Virus record (IMG/VR): IMGVR_UViG_3300013289_000006
Length of the DNA stretch: 64,000 nt
Strand: one strand, 5' to 3'
Source of the DNA: a virus
Positions 9,902 through 19,599 of the stretch are shown in pieces. Within the stretch, counting starts at the first letter, position 1. Every line of letters begins with the position of its first letter. Made by a program: the position numbers and the translations under genes. The notes beneath the pieces are model-generated. The model saw nothing but the letters and a program-made list of their open reading frames with translations, had not been told where the DNA came from and did no database searches.

Positions 9902-9933
9902 AACCCCTGCCAGAGATGGCGGGGGTTTTTGTT
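9902..9933 (+). terminator. Intrinsic terminator
   Basis: AACCCCTGCCA-GAGA-TGGCGGGGGTT then TTTGTTT. Confidence 0.7.
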
Positions 9934-10002
9934 TCCGTGCGTTGAAAGGCGAGGCGATTGGTAGGGTGATGGGTAGCGAGAAATACACTTATCGGAAGCA
10001 TT

Positions 10003-12219
10003 ATGGCCTTACAAGTTGCATCGCTGTACGGGGTGTTGAGCCTTGATGACAGTGGATTTAACCGGGGACTAAACAACGCCAAGAGCGGGCTGAGCGATCT
10101 GGGCGGCAACCTGCAACGGACGGGCGGCCAGATCAGTCTGGCGGCGGCTCCGATCGCAGGGTTATTCGGCGTGGCGACGAACCAAGCGATTAACTTCGAC
10201 GAGGCGGTGACGAACACCGGCGCGATTCTGGGCTACACGCGCGACCAGATCGACCGGCTGGCGCTGGATCTGCTGGAGATCAGCGGCGGGAACACACGGG
10301 CTGGCCCGCAGGCGGTGGCCGAAGCGTTTTATGACATCGTGGGCGGTGTGCAAGACGCGACCACGCATATGGCGATTTTGGACGCGGCGATCATGACCAG
10401 CCAAGCCGGTAACGCCCAGCTCGCCGGCACGACCAAAGCCCTGATCAGCACGATGAACAGCTACCAGTATTCGGCTGACCAAGCGGCGATGGTGAGCGAT
10501 GTTCTGACGCAGACGGTGGGGATGGGCGTGGGATCGATGGACGAGTTCGCGGCAGCGCTGCCCCAAGTGACGGGGTTGGCGGCGAGCTTGGGCATCCCGC
10601 TGGAGAACGTCGGGAGCATGATGGCGTTTTTGACGACAAAGGGGAACACGGCCAGCCAAGCGGCGACGCAGTTGGGCGCGAATATGAGCGCGCTGATGAA
10701 GCCGAACGAGCAGATGAAAGACGCGCTGGCGGAGCTGGGATTTAACTCCGGCGAGGCGGCGATTGAGCAGATGGGATTGTTGGGCGCGCTGCAAGCGGTG
10801 GCGGCGACGGCGACGGCACAGACAGAGGGTATGGCGGCGCTGCTGGGTACGCAGGAGGCGGTGCGCGGATCGACCTCGCTGATGGGGCAAGACTTCCTCG
10901 GATTTAACCGGACATTCGTCGAAGGGGTGGCGGGGATCACGGCGGCGACAGAGCAGATCCAGATGGGGAGCGCGGCGGCGGAGATGGATCTGTTCAACAG
11001 CCAGTTAAGCCAGATGGCGATCATCGCGGGGTACGCGCTGGTGCCGGCGCTGCTGCAAATGCTGGACACCGTGCGCCCGATCGTGACGGAGATCATCTCG
11101 TGGATCAGCCAGAACCCGGAGCTGACGGCGCAGATCGGCATACTGGCGTTCGGGGCGGTAGGTTTGGGGGCAGTACTGGCTGGCGTAGGATTGGCGGTAA
11201 GCACTTTAGGGACATTACTTGGGATATTGCTCAGCCCAGTTGTTCTGCTGGCCGGCGCAATCGCGGGGTTGGTATTTGCAGCGAGCCAACTTTATCCGGG
11301 CGGTCTGTCCAAACTATTGAGTGATGCAGCAGTCAGCGCTCAAACATTGGGGCAAATACTTCAAATCATTCTTGTGGACGGATTGAATAAAGCCTCGCTC
11401 GCAGCGCAAAACATTGTCGGAATCATCATGATCGGCTTTAACCTCGCGGTCATTAGCGCTCAAACTATCGTGAATGGGTTTATTACAAGCATCCAGAATC
11501 TGATCACTGAAAACCAATTTTTGTTTGATCGTATCCAAGATTTAATTTTGGCGATTGGGATTATGCGGGTGGGATTGATCGCCCATAACCTCATCGTTGG
11601 CATTTCGACGGCAGTCACATCCGGCTTGGCAACTGCTTCTTCACTGGCAGCCGCAGCCACCGGCGCTATCACTTTAGCGGTGAGCGCATTACTCAGCCCG
11701 GTTGTAACCGTGACTGCCGCGATTTGGGCACTTATATCAGCTTACCGAGAACTGCAAAAGTTTCAAGACACCGTCAAAGTGGCCGGACAGAATGCCCGGA
11801 ATGTTGTTGCGCCGATGGTGACCAGCGGGCAAATTACGCCTCAGCAAGTGCGTGATCAAGCGTTTGCGTCCGCTCAATCTCAATTTACATCGATGTTGGG
11901 AGGGAGCGGTTTCTTGGGCGATCTGGCTACCCGCATGTTAGGCGACAACTTTATTAACTCGATTGCCAATGCTGCCGGAGCAAATGCAATTCCGGGGCGC
12001 GCGGGCGGCGGGGATGTGATGGGCGGGCAGTCGTATCTGGTGGGGGAGCAGGGGCCGGAACTGTTCACGCCGGGGGTGAGCGGGTACGTGAGCAGCAATG
12101 GTGACACGCAGCGGATGATGGGCAACACGTACAACATCACGATCAACGCCAGCACGGAAGCAGGCGGGCGAGCGGCGGGGCGCGGGTTCTTGGACGTGGT
12201 ACGGGCACGAGGCGGATAG
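10003..12219 (+). CDS. Tail tape measure protein (TP901-like)
   Basis: 738 aa, Ala/Gly-rich helical, hydrophobic middle, C-terminal RAGGG...YLVGEQGPELF. Confidence 0.92.
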   Translation: MALQVASLYGVLSLDDSGFNRGLNNAKSGLSDLGGNLQRTGGQISLAAAPIAGLFGVATNQAINFDEAVTNTGAILGYTRDQIDRLALDLLEISGGNTRAGPQAVAEAFYDIVGGVQDATTHMAILDAAIMTSQAGNAQLAGTTKALISTMNSYQYSADQAAMVSDVLTQTVGMGVGSMDEFAAALPQVTGLAASLGIPLENVGSMMAFLTTKGNTASQAATQLGANMSALMKPNEQMKDALAELGFNSGEAAIEQMGLLGALQAVAATATAQTEGMAALLGTQEAVRGSTSLMGQDFLGFNRTFVEGVAGITAATEQIQMGSAAAEMDLFNSQLSQMAIIAGYALVPALLQMLDTVRPIVTEIISWISQNPELTAQIGILAFGAVGLGAVLAGVGLAVSTLGTLLGILLSPVVLLAGAIAGLVFAASQLYPGGLSKLLSDAAVSAQTLGQILQIILVDGLNKASLAAQNIVGIIMIGFNLAVISAQTIVNGFITSIQNLITENQFLFDRIQDLILAIGIMRVGLIAHNLIVGISTAVTSGLATASSLAAAATGAITLAVSALLSPVVTVTAAIWALISAYRELQKFQDTVKVAGQNARNVVAPMVTSGQITPQQVRDQAFASAQSQFTSMLGGSGFLGDLATRMLGDNFINSIANAAGANAIPGRAGGGDVMGGQSYLVGEQGPELFTPGVSGYVSSNGDTQRMMGNTYNITINASTEAGGRAAGRGFLDVVRARGG

Positions 12220-12221
12220 CG

Positions 12222-13067
12222 ATGCACACATTAACACGGTTCGGACAAGGCAGCAGGGTGTACACCTTCCCGGCGGATGGGCAGGTGAGCTACAGCGACA
12301 ACTTCGGGCAGTTGGTGACGAAGACGCAGCGGCTGGCGGGGGTGCATGGCGGGATCAGCAGCTTGGGGACGGGGCGCGGGTTGCAGGCCATCGGGACGGT
12401 GCGAGCGGACGTGTGGTTGGAATTCACGGACGCGGCGGACGCTACCGATAAAGTGGATTCTGTGCGGGAGATGGCGGACTGGGGAATGCAGCCGCTGTTT
12501 ATGCAGCCGCTGGTGGGCGTGGAGCGGTGGTGCTGGGCGCGCGTGACGGATATTCAGACGCCGATGAGCGTTCACAATGTGCCGCACCGACGGATTAAAG
12601 TGCCGATCACGTTCGAAGTGCCTGACCCATTCTGGCTGACGCCGGGGAATGAGACGCTGTGGGGCGAGTTCAACTGGGGCGGCGCGGATTGGGGCGGCGG
12701 GGCGACGGCGGAGACGGTGACGGGGAGCGAGGATTTGTCGATCACGGTGGGCGGAAACACGTTCACGCTGGCGCGGATCAGCATTGTGAACGACAGCGGG
12801 GCGGACGCGAGCGAGATCGTGATCCAGCGGGTGGTGAATGAGCGGGTGGAGGACGAGGTGAGCTGGAGCGGGACGCTGGCGGACGGAGAGACGCTGGAGA
12901 TCGACGGGCGGCGGCAGTGGGTGGTGGTGAACGGGGCGCTGGACATGGAATTGTTCGACAGCCGGCAACCGGATTGGATACGGCTGAAGCCGGGGGTGAA
13001 CACGCTGCGCGTGACATTGGCGGGCGAAGTGGATGTGGCGGTGAGCTATTTGGAGCGATACATATGA
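12222..13067 (+). CDS. Distal tail protein (Dit)
   Basis: Follows TMP; ITFEVPDPFW, GETLEID, LKPGVNTL motifs. Confidence 0.8.
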   Translation: MHTLTRFGQGSRVYTFPADGQVSYSDNFGQLVTKTQRLAGVHGGISSLGTGRGLQAIGTVRADVWLEFTDAADATDKVDSVREMADWGMQPLFMQPLVGVERWCWARVTDIQTPMSVHNVPHRRIKVPITFEVPDPFWLTPGNETLWGEFNWGGADWGGGATAETVTGSEDLSITVGGNTFTLARISIVNDSGADASEIVIQRVVNERVEDEVSWSGTLADGETLEIDGRRQWVVVNGALDMELFDSRQPDWIRLKPGVNTLRVTLAGEVDVAVSYLERYI

Positions 13068-14161
13068 CGATCACGATGAGTATTACCACGTCAGGCATTT
13101 TGAACGGGGCGGTGGCGAATGACACGACGGTGACGGTGCCGCTGAACCAACTGCTGACGCTGCTGAACAACATCGCCAACGGGGCGCAGAACTTGGAACA
13201 GGTGCGCTTCGCCGAGTTGGGAGCCACACCCAGCACCCCGGCGAGCGGGCTGTGGAAGATTTATTTCCGCAGCGGCGGGCTGTACATTTTGGACGACGTG
13301 GGGACGGAGACGGCGATTCCGCTGACGACGGTGAGCACGATGGGGCAGCCATGCGAGGGGCGGCTGACGCTGACGAGCGGGACGCCGGTGACAACCACTG
13401 ATGTGACGGCAGCGACGACGATTTACTTCACGCCCTACAAGGGCAACCGGATCAGCTTATATGATGGTTCCGGATGGGACATTTACACGTTCACGGAGCG
13501 TTCGCTGTCGTTGAGCGGGCTGACGGCGGACACGAATTATGATGTCTTCATCTACGACAACACCGGCACACTAACGCTGCAAGCGGTGGCATGGACGAAC
13601 GCGACGACGCGGGCGACGGCGATCACGCTGCAAGACGGGATCTACGTGCAAAGCGGATCACTTACGCGGCGGTATCTGGGCACGTTTAGGACGACGAGCA
13701 GCACCGGGCAGACCGAAGATAGTTTGCTGCGGCGCTACGTTTGGAACTACTACAACCGGACGTCGCGGACGCTGCTGGTGACGGACAGCACGGATAGCTG
13801 GACATACGCGACGGCCAGCTACCGCAGTTTGAATAACAGCACGAATAACCGGGTGCAGTTCATCATCGGGGTGAATGAGGAGATCGTGGAGCTGCGGCAC
13901 TACCTGACCTCGATCACGCAGGGGGTGACACCGGGGATCGCGCTGGACGCGACGAACGCGAACAACGCGCTGCTGCGATCCCTGACCGCTTCGGCGGCGG
14001 CGTCGCAGGTGGGCATCTCGGAATATCGCGGTTATCCCGGCATCGGCTACCACTATTTGCAACTGACGGAGCAAGGGAACGGCAGCACGGCGACGATCTA
14101 CGGAGACGCGGGTGTGCCGGGCAGCTTGCAAATGGGCGGCATCGGGCAGTTGGCAGCTTAA
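13064..14161 (+). CDS. Tail fibre/receptor-binding protein
   Basis: ATG 13064; Thr-rich; GRLTLTSGTPV...IYFTPY...RRYLGTFRT...WNYYNR. Confidence 0.7.
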   Translation: MTITMSITTSGILNGAVANDTTVTVPLNQLLTLLNNIANGAQNLEQVRFAELGATPSTPASGLWKIYFRSGGLYILDDVGTETAIPLTTVSTMGQPCEGRLTLTSGTPVTTTDVTAATTIYFTPYKGNRISLYDGSGWDIYTFTERSLSLSGLTADTNYDVFIYDNTGTLTLQAVAWTNATTRATAITLQDGIYVQSGSLTRRYLGTFRTTSSTGQTEDSLLRRYVWNYYNRTSRTLLVTDSTDSWTYATASYRSLNNSTNNRVQFIIGVNEEIVELRHYLTSITQGVTPGIALDATNANNALLRSLTASAAASQVGISEYRGYPGIGYHYLQLTEQGNGSTATIYGDAGVPGSLQMGGIGQLAA

Positions 14162-14169
14162 GGAGGCGA

Positions 14170-14508
14170 ATGAGGATGGCGAAGATACAGGTGGCGGACG
14201 TGCATGACCTGCTGCTGAAGGCGGGAATCCCGGTGGACGGGGTGGCGACGGCGAAGGGCGACCAGATCGACCGGATCGACTTCGGAGCGGATGCAACCGA
14301 GGCGCAGCAGAAAGAGGCGTGGGCGCTGGTGAAGGCGTATGACGCGGAGGCGGCGGCGATTGAACGCGAGGCGAAAGCAGCGGAGCTGAAGGCCGCGCTG
14401 GAGACGAAGGTGGAGATCAGCGACGCGAACAGCATCGCCGCGCTGCGGGCGATCATCGAAAAGCAGCAAGCGCAGATTGACGCCTTGATCGCAACAAGGA
14501 AGGGATGA
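14170..14508 (+). CDS. Small tail-associated coiled-coil protein (fibre chaperone-like)
   Basis: AGGAGG RBS; directly follows the fibre gene. Confidence 0.6.
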   Translation: MRMAKIQVADVHDLLLKAGIPVDGVATAKGDQIDRIDFGADATEAQQKEAWALVKAYDAEAAAIEREAKAAELKAALETKVEISDANSIAALRAIIEKQQAQIDALIATRKG

Positions 14509-16355
14509 TGCGCGTCTGGGCGGATGTTTACAACCCGGCGGGAAGCAAGCTGACGACGGTGACGGCCATCATCAGCGCGGGGGTGCGGGAGCGGCTGGAC
14601 GAGGCGGGGAGTTTTAATTTGCAATGCCCGGCCAGCGACGAGCGAGCGCTGACGTATCTGGTGCGCGGGAACGAGGTGCGCATTTATGTGCAGGAGGACG
14701 CGGAAACCCCGCAATTGTGGGGGGCGGGGCTGATTTTGCGGCGGAAGGTGGAAGAGCGCGAAAACGGGATCGGGCTGAACATCGAAGGGCGCGACCTGCT
14801 GACGGAGCTGCGGCGGCCCACGGTGGGCTTGGGGCGGACGTATGAGGCGCAGACGGTGGAGACGATCATCGACGATCTGGTGGAGCTGGTGGGCGGCTGG
14901 ACGGTGAGCTATGAGACGGCGACGGCGACACGGCTGCAAACGGCACGGTATGACGGGGCGAAGGTGCTGAAGGCGCTGGTGCGGACGGTGGAGGAGTTGG
15001 GCGTCCATTTCCGCAACGGGGAGACGCCGCGCGTGCTGGAGGTGGGGGCGTTCGGGACGGCGGCGACGACGGACAGCGGGCTGCAAGTGCGGCTGATCAA
15101 ACCACCGAGCAGCATCACACGCGAGCTGTACGACGCGGACGAGATCGTGCTGGTGGACGAGATCAGCGTGACGGAAGACGACGACGAGATCGTGAACTAC
15201 ATGATCCCATTGGGCGCGGGCGAAGGCAGCGCGGCGACGACGCTGAAAGACACGAGCTACCGGATTTTGAACGCTTCCGATAATTCCATTTATCGAGCGG
15301 GGATCATCCCCACCTACCCCATTTACCGGCGGGTGAATGACTTCGGGATCGAAGAGTACGCGATTGACGCGAGCGCGGGCGGCGACCGTTGGGAAGAGGT
15401 GACGACGTTTAAGGAGATCGCGCCGGTGGCGAACAGCGATCTGGCACGGCAGTTGGCGAGCGACGCGCTGGCGGACGCTGCGATGGCGGACCTAACACGA
15501 CGACGCGAGGCGTTGGTGACGTATGCGCTAAGCGTGCAGAAGGCGCGGCTGAAGATTCGACCGGGCGAACTGGTACGTTTGACATATCGTGGGATTGTGC
15601 CGATCCGGGGGCTGGAGACGGCCATGAGCGACGAGCTGACGTACATCGACGTGGACGAGGATCTGTGGGTGATGGCGGTGCAGCGGAACATCAGCGATTC
15701 GGGCATTCGCTACGACTTCGAGGTGAGCACGATTGACCGGCTGCCGAAGACGGCGGAAGAGATGATGGTGGAAGTGGTCGAGTCGGTGGAGGCACGGAAC
15801 GTCAGTGTGCAGAACATCGTCACGGCATATGAAAAAAGCTCATGGGACACGGTGCAGTGGGGCAGCGCCAGTTACTGGCAAAAGCGGGCGAGCTTCCCAC
15901 TGCTGATTGATAATGAGGTGTTGGACATCATCAGCGTCAAACTGAACTTCCGCACCCGGCCACTGAGCGCGACAACCACCTTCGACCACTACAACGGCCT
16001 CGCCCCCAACGATTCTTTCTTGGGTTCATATGCTTTTCAGGTACGTGAAAGCACCAATTATCCGCGCAATATTCGACTATTCATCAACGGGGTGAATGTA
16101 ACGATAGCGCTTGGAGGCCCATGGGGGCCAAGCAACGCGGCGGTGAATGTGTCGCTGGACATTTCGCCATACATCATTGAAGCGGCGGGCGGGATTTACC
16201 AAGAGCATTTGATCGAGTTCGAATGTGAGGAAGCTACGGGGAGCGATCTGGTGCAGGTCGTTATCGGAAGCACGTCAGTGGTAAACACGTCACATGGGTT
16301 CATCCACGCGAGCACACGGGTGCTGGCGGTGGCGAGAGCGATTGTACCCACTTAA
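14505..16355 (+). CDS. Baseplate hub/Tal-like minor tail protein
   Basis: 616 aa; ERLDEAGSFNLQCP, IEGRDLL, IVNYMIPLGAGEG, IRPGELV motifs. Confidence 0.75.
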   Translation: MMRVWADVYNPAGSKLTTVTAIISAGVRERLDEAGSFNLQCPASDERALTYLVRGNEVRIYVQEDAETPQLWGAGLILRRKVEERENGIGLNIEGRDLLTELRRPTVGLGRTYEAQTVETIIDDLVELVGGWTVSYETATATRLQTARYDGAKVLKALVRTVEELGVHFRNGETPRVLEVGAFGTAATTDSGLQVRLIKPPSSITRELYDADEIVLVDEISVTEDDDEIVNYMIPLGAGEGSAATTLKDTSYRILNASDNSIYRAGIIPTYPIYRRVNDFGIEEYAIDASAGGDRWEEVTTFKEIAPVANSDLARQLASDALADAAMADLTRRREALVTYALSVQKARLKIRPGELVRLTYRGIVPIRGLETAMSDELTYIDVDEDLWVMAVQRNISDSGIRYDFEVSTIDRLPKTAEEMMVEVVESVEARNVSVQNIVTAYEKSSWDTVQWGSASYWQKRASFPLLIDNEVLDIISVKLNFRTRPLSATTTFDHYNGLAPNDSFLGSYAFQVRESTNYPRNIRLFINGVNVTIALGGPWGPSNAAVNVSLDISPYIIEAAGGIYQEHLIEFECEEATGSDLVQVVIGSTSVVNTSHGFIHASTRVLAVARAIVPT

Positions 16356-16362
16356 GGAGGCG

Positions 16363-16674
16363 ATGATGTTGAGGATTGTGATTATCTTCGTGCTCGTGCT
16401 GGCGCTGAGTATGATGCTGCCGGCGGAGGGCGAGGCGCAGGGTACGGCGGGCTACGAGGTGACGGTGAGCGCACCGGTGAGCGGGATGCTGCCGATCAAC
16501 CACACGTTCAGCATTGAGGTGCTGGACGGCGCGACGGGCTTGTATGAGACGCGGACAATGCGGGTTGAGCGGTATGTGATCTGGTTGCAGCCGATACGCC
16601 CGCCGGAATATTTATGTGTGTTGGACGGCACCGGTTCGTGGTTTATTTTCAACCGTGCGACTATTGACGGATAA
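16363..16674 (+). CDS. Small exported/membrane protein
   Basis: AAGGAGG RBS; signal peptide ending AEGEA/Q. Confidence 0.65.
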   Translation: MMLRIVIIFVLVLALSMMLPAEGEAQGTAGYEVTVSAPVSGMLPINHTFSIEVLDGATGLYETRTMRVERYVIWLQPIRPPEYLCVLDGTGSWFIFNRATIDG

Positions 16675-16689
16675 GCAAAGGATTGTCCG

Positions 16690-17472
16690 ATGGCATCTGA
16701 AGTCACAATCTCACTGGTGTTTAATATCCTGCTGGCCATTGTGGGCGTGTGGGTGTACAGCAGCCGCACGCAGATCAAAACCAAGGCGGAGCAGCAGGAG
16801 ATGGACAACAAGCTACGGCTGCAAGATGCTGAGAGCCGATTGAGCCGGCAGAACGCGGAGATCCGCGAGCGTTCGGAGCTGCTGGGGATGATCCGCGAGC
16901 TGACCAAGCAGGGGCAAACCTTTCTGGCGTCGCTGGACAAGATGGAAGAGCAGAAGGAAGAAGACTACAAGGTGCTGAAGCATGTGGTGGAGGACGGGAC
17001 GCGAAACGTGCTGACGGAGATCAAGAACGCGGAGGGACGGTTCGTGAAGCGGATCGACGAGCTGGACGCGAGCTTGGGGACGAAGAGCACGGAATGGATA
17101 CAGACGGTGGCGAGCGAGTTCGCGGTGACGCTGGCGAATAAATTTAACGAGGTAATCGCCCAGCAGAGCAACTACCCCTTCCCCACGCCGAACGACCCGG
17201 AATGGCACGGCGATTTTATGAAGGCGCTGGTGACGCACGCGCATGTGTATGACCGGACGATCGCGACGGAGGCCAACCGGATCGGGGTGGAGATCGCAAC
17301 CGAGGGGCAAAACGTGGAGCTGATCCGCGGCTGGAAGAAGGATTGGATCGGGGTGCGGTTCGTGCATAACGGCAAGCCGATCTGGGGGTGGGTGCAGGAG
17401 CACGAGGTGGTGGTGGGCAAGACGGCGGTGAAGCTGGCGACCAGCGAAGTGACGGTTGTGCCGGCGAGTTGA
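16690..17472 (+). CDS. Membrane-anchored coiled-coil protein with C-terminal SH3-like domain (lysis region)
   Basis: N-terminal TM, heptad-rich middle, DWIGVRF...WGWV. Confidence 0.6.
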   Translation: MASEVTISLVFNILLAIVGVWVYSSRTQIKTKAEQQEMDNKLRLQDAESRLSRQNAEIRERSELLGMIRELTKQGQTFLASLDKMEEQKEEDYKVLKHVVEDGTRNVLTEIKNAEGRFVKRIDELDASLGTKSTEWIQTVASEFAVTLANKFNEVIAQQSNYPFPTPNDPEWHGDFMKALVTHAHVYDRTIATEANRIGVEIATEGQNVELIRGWKKDWIGVRFVHNGKPIWGWVQEHEVVVGKTAVKLATSEVTVVPAS

Positions 17473-17608
17473 GCATTTAGGAAAACGTAATCCCCGCAGC
17501 TCCCCGCTCCGGATGGCATCAAGACTGTCTTAAGGCAGTTGTTCACTAAGTTTTGACGACAATGGCATAGTCAGATCATCTGACAACAATTACGAGGACA
17601 GGTGAGCC

Positions 17609-18088
17609 ATGATGAGGATGCGTTCGGTTCTGATAATGTTGATTCTGTTGGTGCTTTGCTTCGGCGCGCCGGCGCTGGCGCAGGAGCTGGTGACGAATAC
17701 GCCGGTGGTGGAAGTGGTGGCCACGGCTGAACCGATACCCGATCTGGTCGAAAGCCCGGCGGAAGAGTCGGTGGGCTTGGTGCTGAGCACGATCCGCGAA
17801 GTGCTGCCGTGGTTGGTGGCGATTGTGCTGGTGGTGCTGCTGATGGCGCTCATATTGGGGCGGACGGCGATCATCCAGCTTGGGGCGAGTGTGCCAGCGT
17901 TTGTGTATGAGGCGGGCAAGGGCGCGCTGCTGGCGAGTGTTGAGCAGGCTGAGCGGCATGTTGAGCTGACGGCGACGACGATTGACGACGAGGCGCTGAA
18001 CGAGTTGAAGGTACAAATCAGCAGCCTGATCAAGCAGATCGAAGAGTTACGGGCGCAAGTGACGCCTACGGTATTCCCACAGGGATAA
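17609..18088 (+). CDS. Putative holin-like membrane protein
   Basis: Signal peptide (ALA/Q), second TM, coiled-coil tail; directly upstream of the candidate lysin. Confidence 0.5.
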   Translation: MMRMRSVLIMLILLVLCFGAPALAQELVTNTPVVEVVATAEPIPDLVESPAEESVGLVLSTIREVLPWLVAIVLVVLLMALILGRTAIIQLGASVPAFVYEAGKGALLASVEQAERHVELTATTIDDEALNELKVQISSLIKQIEELRAQVTPTVFPQG

Positions 18089-18089
18089 G

Positions 18090-19490
18090 ATGCCAAGCAG
18101 CTTCGCATCACTGCACATACTGGCGGACGGGTGCAACGACGCGGACATCCGGCGGGCGGGGGCGTTTTTACAGCGGAGCGGCTGTAGACACTACAACCTG
18201 ACCGCCGCGGCGCGTTACAACGAGAGCGAGAAGATCATCCGCGAGCTGCGGCGGATGGCCCCGAACGCTCAACCGCTGTGGCGCGGCTGGGACAAGGATG
18301 TGCTGGACGACGGGACGATCTGGGAGCGGACGCAGCCGGTGGAGTGGATCAACTACCGGATCGTGCCGAATTTGCACTGGCTGAAGGAACTGGACGTGAT
18401 CGTGGTGACCACCAACGAGGTGGGGGTACACGGCGAGCGGGCGCGGCAGTTCGCCGTGTGGGAGGCGGACTGTGTGAAGCTGGCGGCCAAGAACCACGGG
18501 GTGCGGCTGGCGGTGCTGCGGTTGAGCACGGGCAATCCGCTGGAGACAGAGCGGCAGAACTACGATGTGCTGCTGAAGGCGGCGGGACAGCATAACGCGA
18601 TCCTCAGCCCGAACGAGTACAGCAGTTCGCGCGGGGATGTGGTGACGAACTGGCATGTGGGGCGGGCGGGATGGATGCACGAGCGGCAAGACGCGCTGGG
18701 TGTGCCGCGCTCGCTGATGGTGGTGGGCGAGTGGGGAATCGCGCATGTGAACCCGGATTACAGCCTCGACCCGTACAAGGGCTATGCGTGGGTAGGAACG
18801 GATGTGGGCGAGCATGTGCGGGTGTTGAAGCGGGACGGCGAGATTTACCGCCAGCGCGGGGTGAGCGTGTGCGTGTTCGTGTTCGGAGGTTGGAAGAACA
18901 ACAGCTTCAGCATCCACAAGGATGAGCCGCTGTTGCAGGCGGTGGAAATGGCCGCACAAAGAGGAGAGTTGGATCTGATGGAAAACGATGTGGTGACAGC
19001 ACCGGTGATTATGCCTCCGCCGTTTGGTCATGCGGTGCTAGATATTGTAAAGGTTGAAAGCATTCCCGGCGGGATACGCAACCTGCGGAAAGAATCCCGA
19101 TACAACACGACCGACATGGGCGATGTGAGAGTGGGCGACATTCTGCGGCGGTATGATGTAAGAGTCAACGGCGCAGTGAAAGCGGGCGTCTTCGGCGTGT
19201 GGCAGTTCGTGGAGAAGCTGGACGCGACCGACACGGTGATCGAAGCGGGGTGGATGTGGGTCGATGATGTGGACGTCGAGGTGGTGGAAGACCTAGAGCA
19301 ACCGGAAGATCCACCGGCAGAGCCAAACCCCGTGCCGGGCGGGCCGTATGTGGAGGTGACGCGGGCGCTGGCGGCTGAGATGGCGGAGACACACCGGCGG
19401 CTGCACGCGGCGTATGTGGAGATGGCGGCGCAGGCGAAGGCGCTGGCGGACATTTGGGAGAAGATCGCCAAGCAGACCGGCAGCGCTTGA
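18090..19490 (+). CDS. Candidate endolysin: GH-A clan TIM barrel plus SH3b-like domain
   Basis: TTNEVG acid/base-like and VVGEWG nucleophile-like motifs; NLRKE...GD...W...GWMW; lysis position. Confidence 0.6.
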   Translation: MPSSFASLHILADGCNDADIRRAGAFLQRSGCRHYNLTAAARYNESEKIIRELRRMAPNAQPLWRGWDKDVLDDGTIWERTQPVEWINYRIVPNLHWLKELDVIVVTTNEVGVHGERARQFAVWEADCVKLAAKNHGVRLAVLRLSTGNPLETERQNYDVLLKAAGQHNAILSPNEYSSSRGDVVTNWHVGRAGWMHERQDALGVPRSLMVVGEWGIAHVNPDYSLDPYKGYAWVGTDVGEHVRVLKRDGEIYRQRGVSVCVFVFGGWKNNSFSIHKDEPLLQAVEMAAQRGELDLMENDVVTAPVIMPPPFGHAVLDIVKVESIPGGIRNLRKESRYNTTDMGDVRVGDILRRYDVRVNGAVKAGVFGVWQFVEKLDATDTVIEAGWMWVDDVDVEVVEDLEQPEDPPAEPNPVPGGPYVEVTRALAAEMAETHRRLHAAYVEMAAQAKALADIWEKIAKQTGSA

Positions 19491-19512
19491 GAAGGACAAT
19501 TATCGGTAGCAG

Positions 19513-19540
19513 ACCCCTCGATTTCGAGGGGTTTTTATTT
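19513..19540 (+). terminator. Intrinsic terminator ending the late operon
   Basis: ACCCCTCGA-TT-TCGAGGGGT then TTTTATTT. Confidence 0.8.
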
Positions 19541-19599
19541 GTGTACCGGACAAACGGCTGTAAGATGTAAGCAAGGTAAATAATACGAGGGGTGGATGT

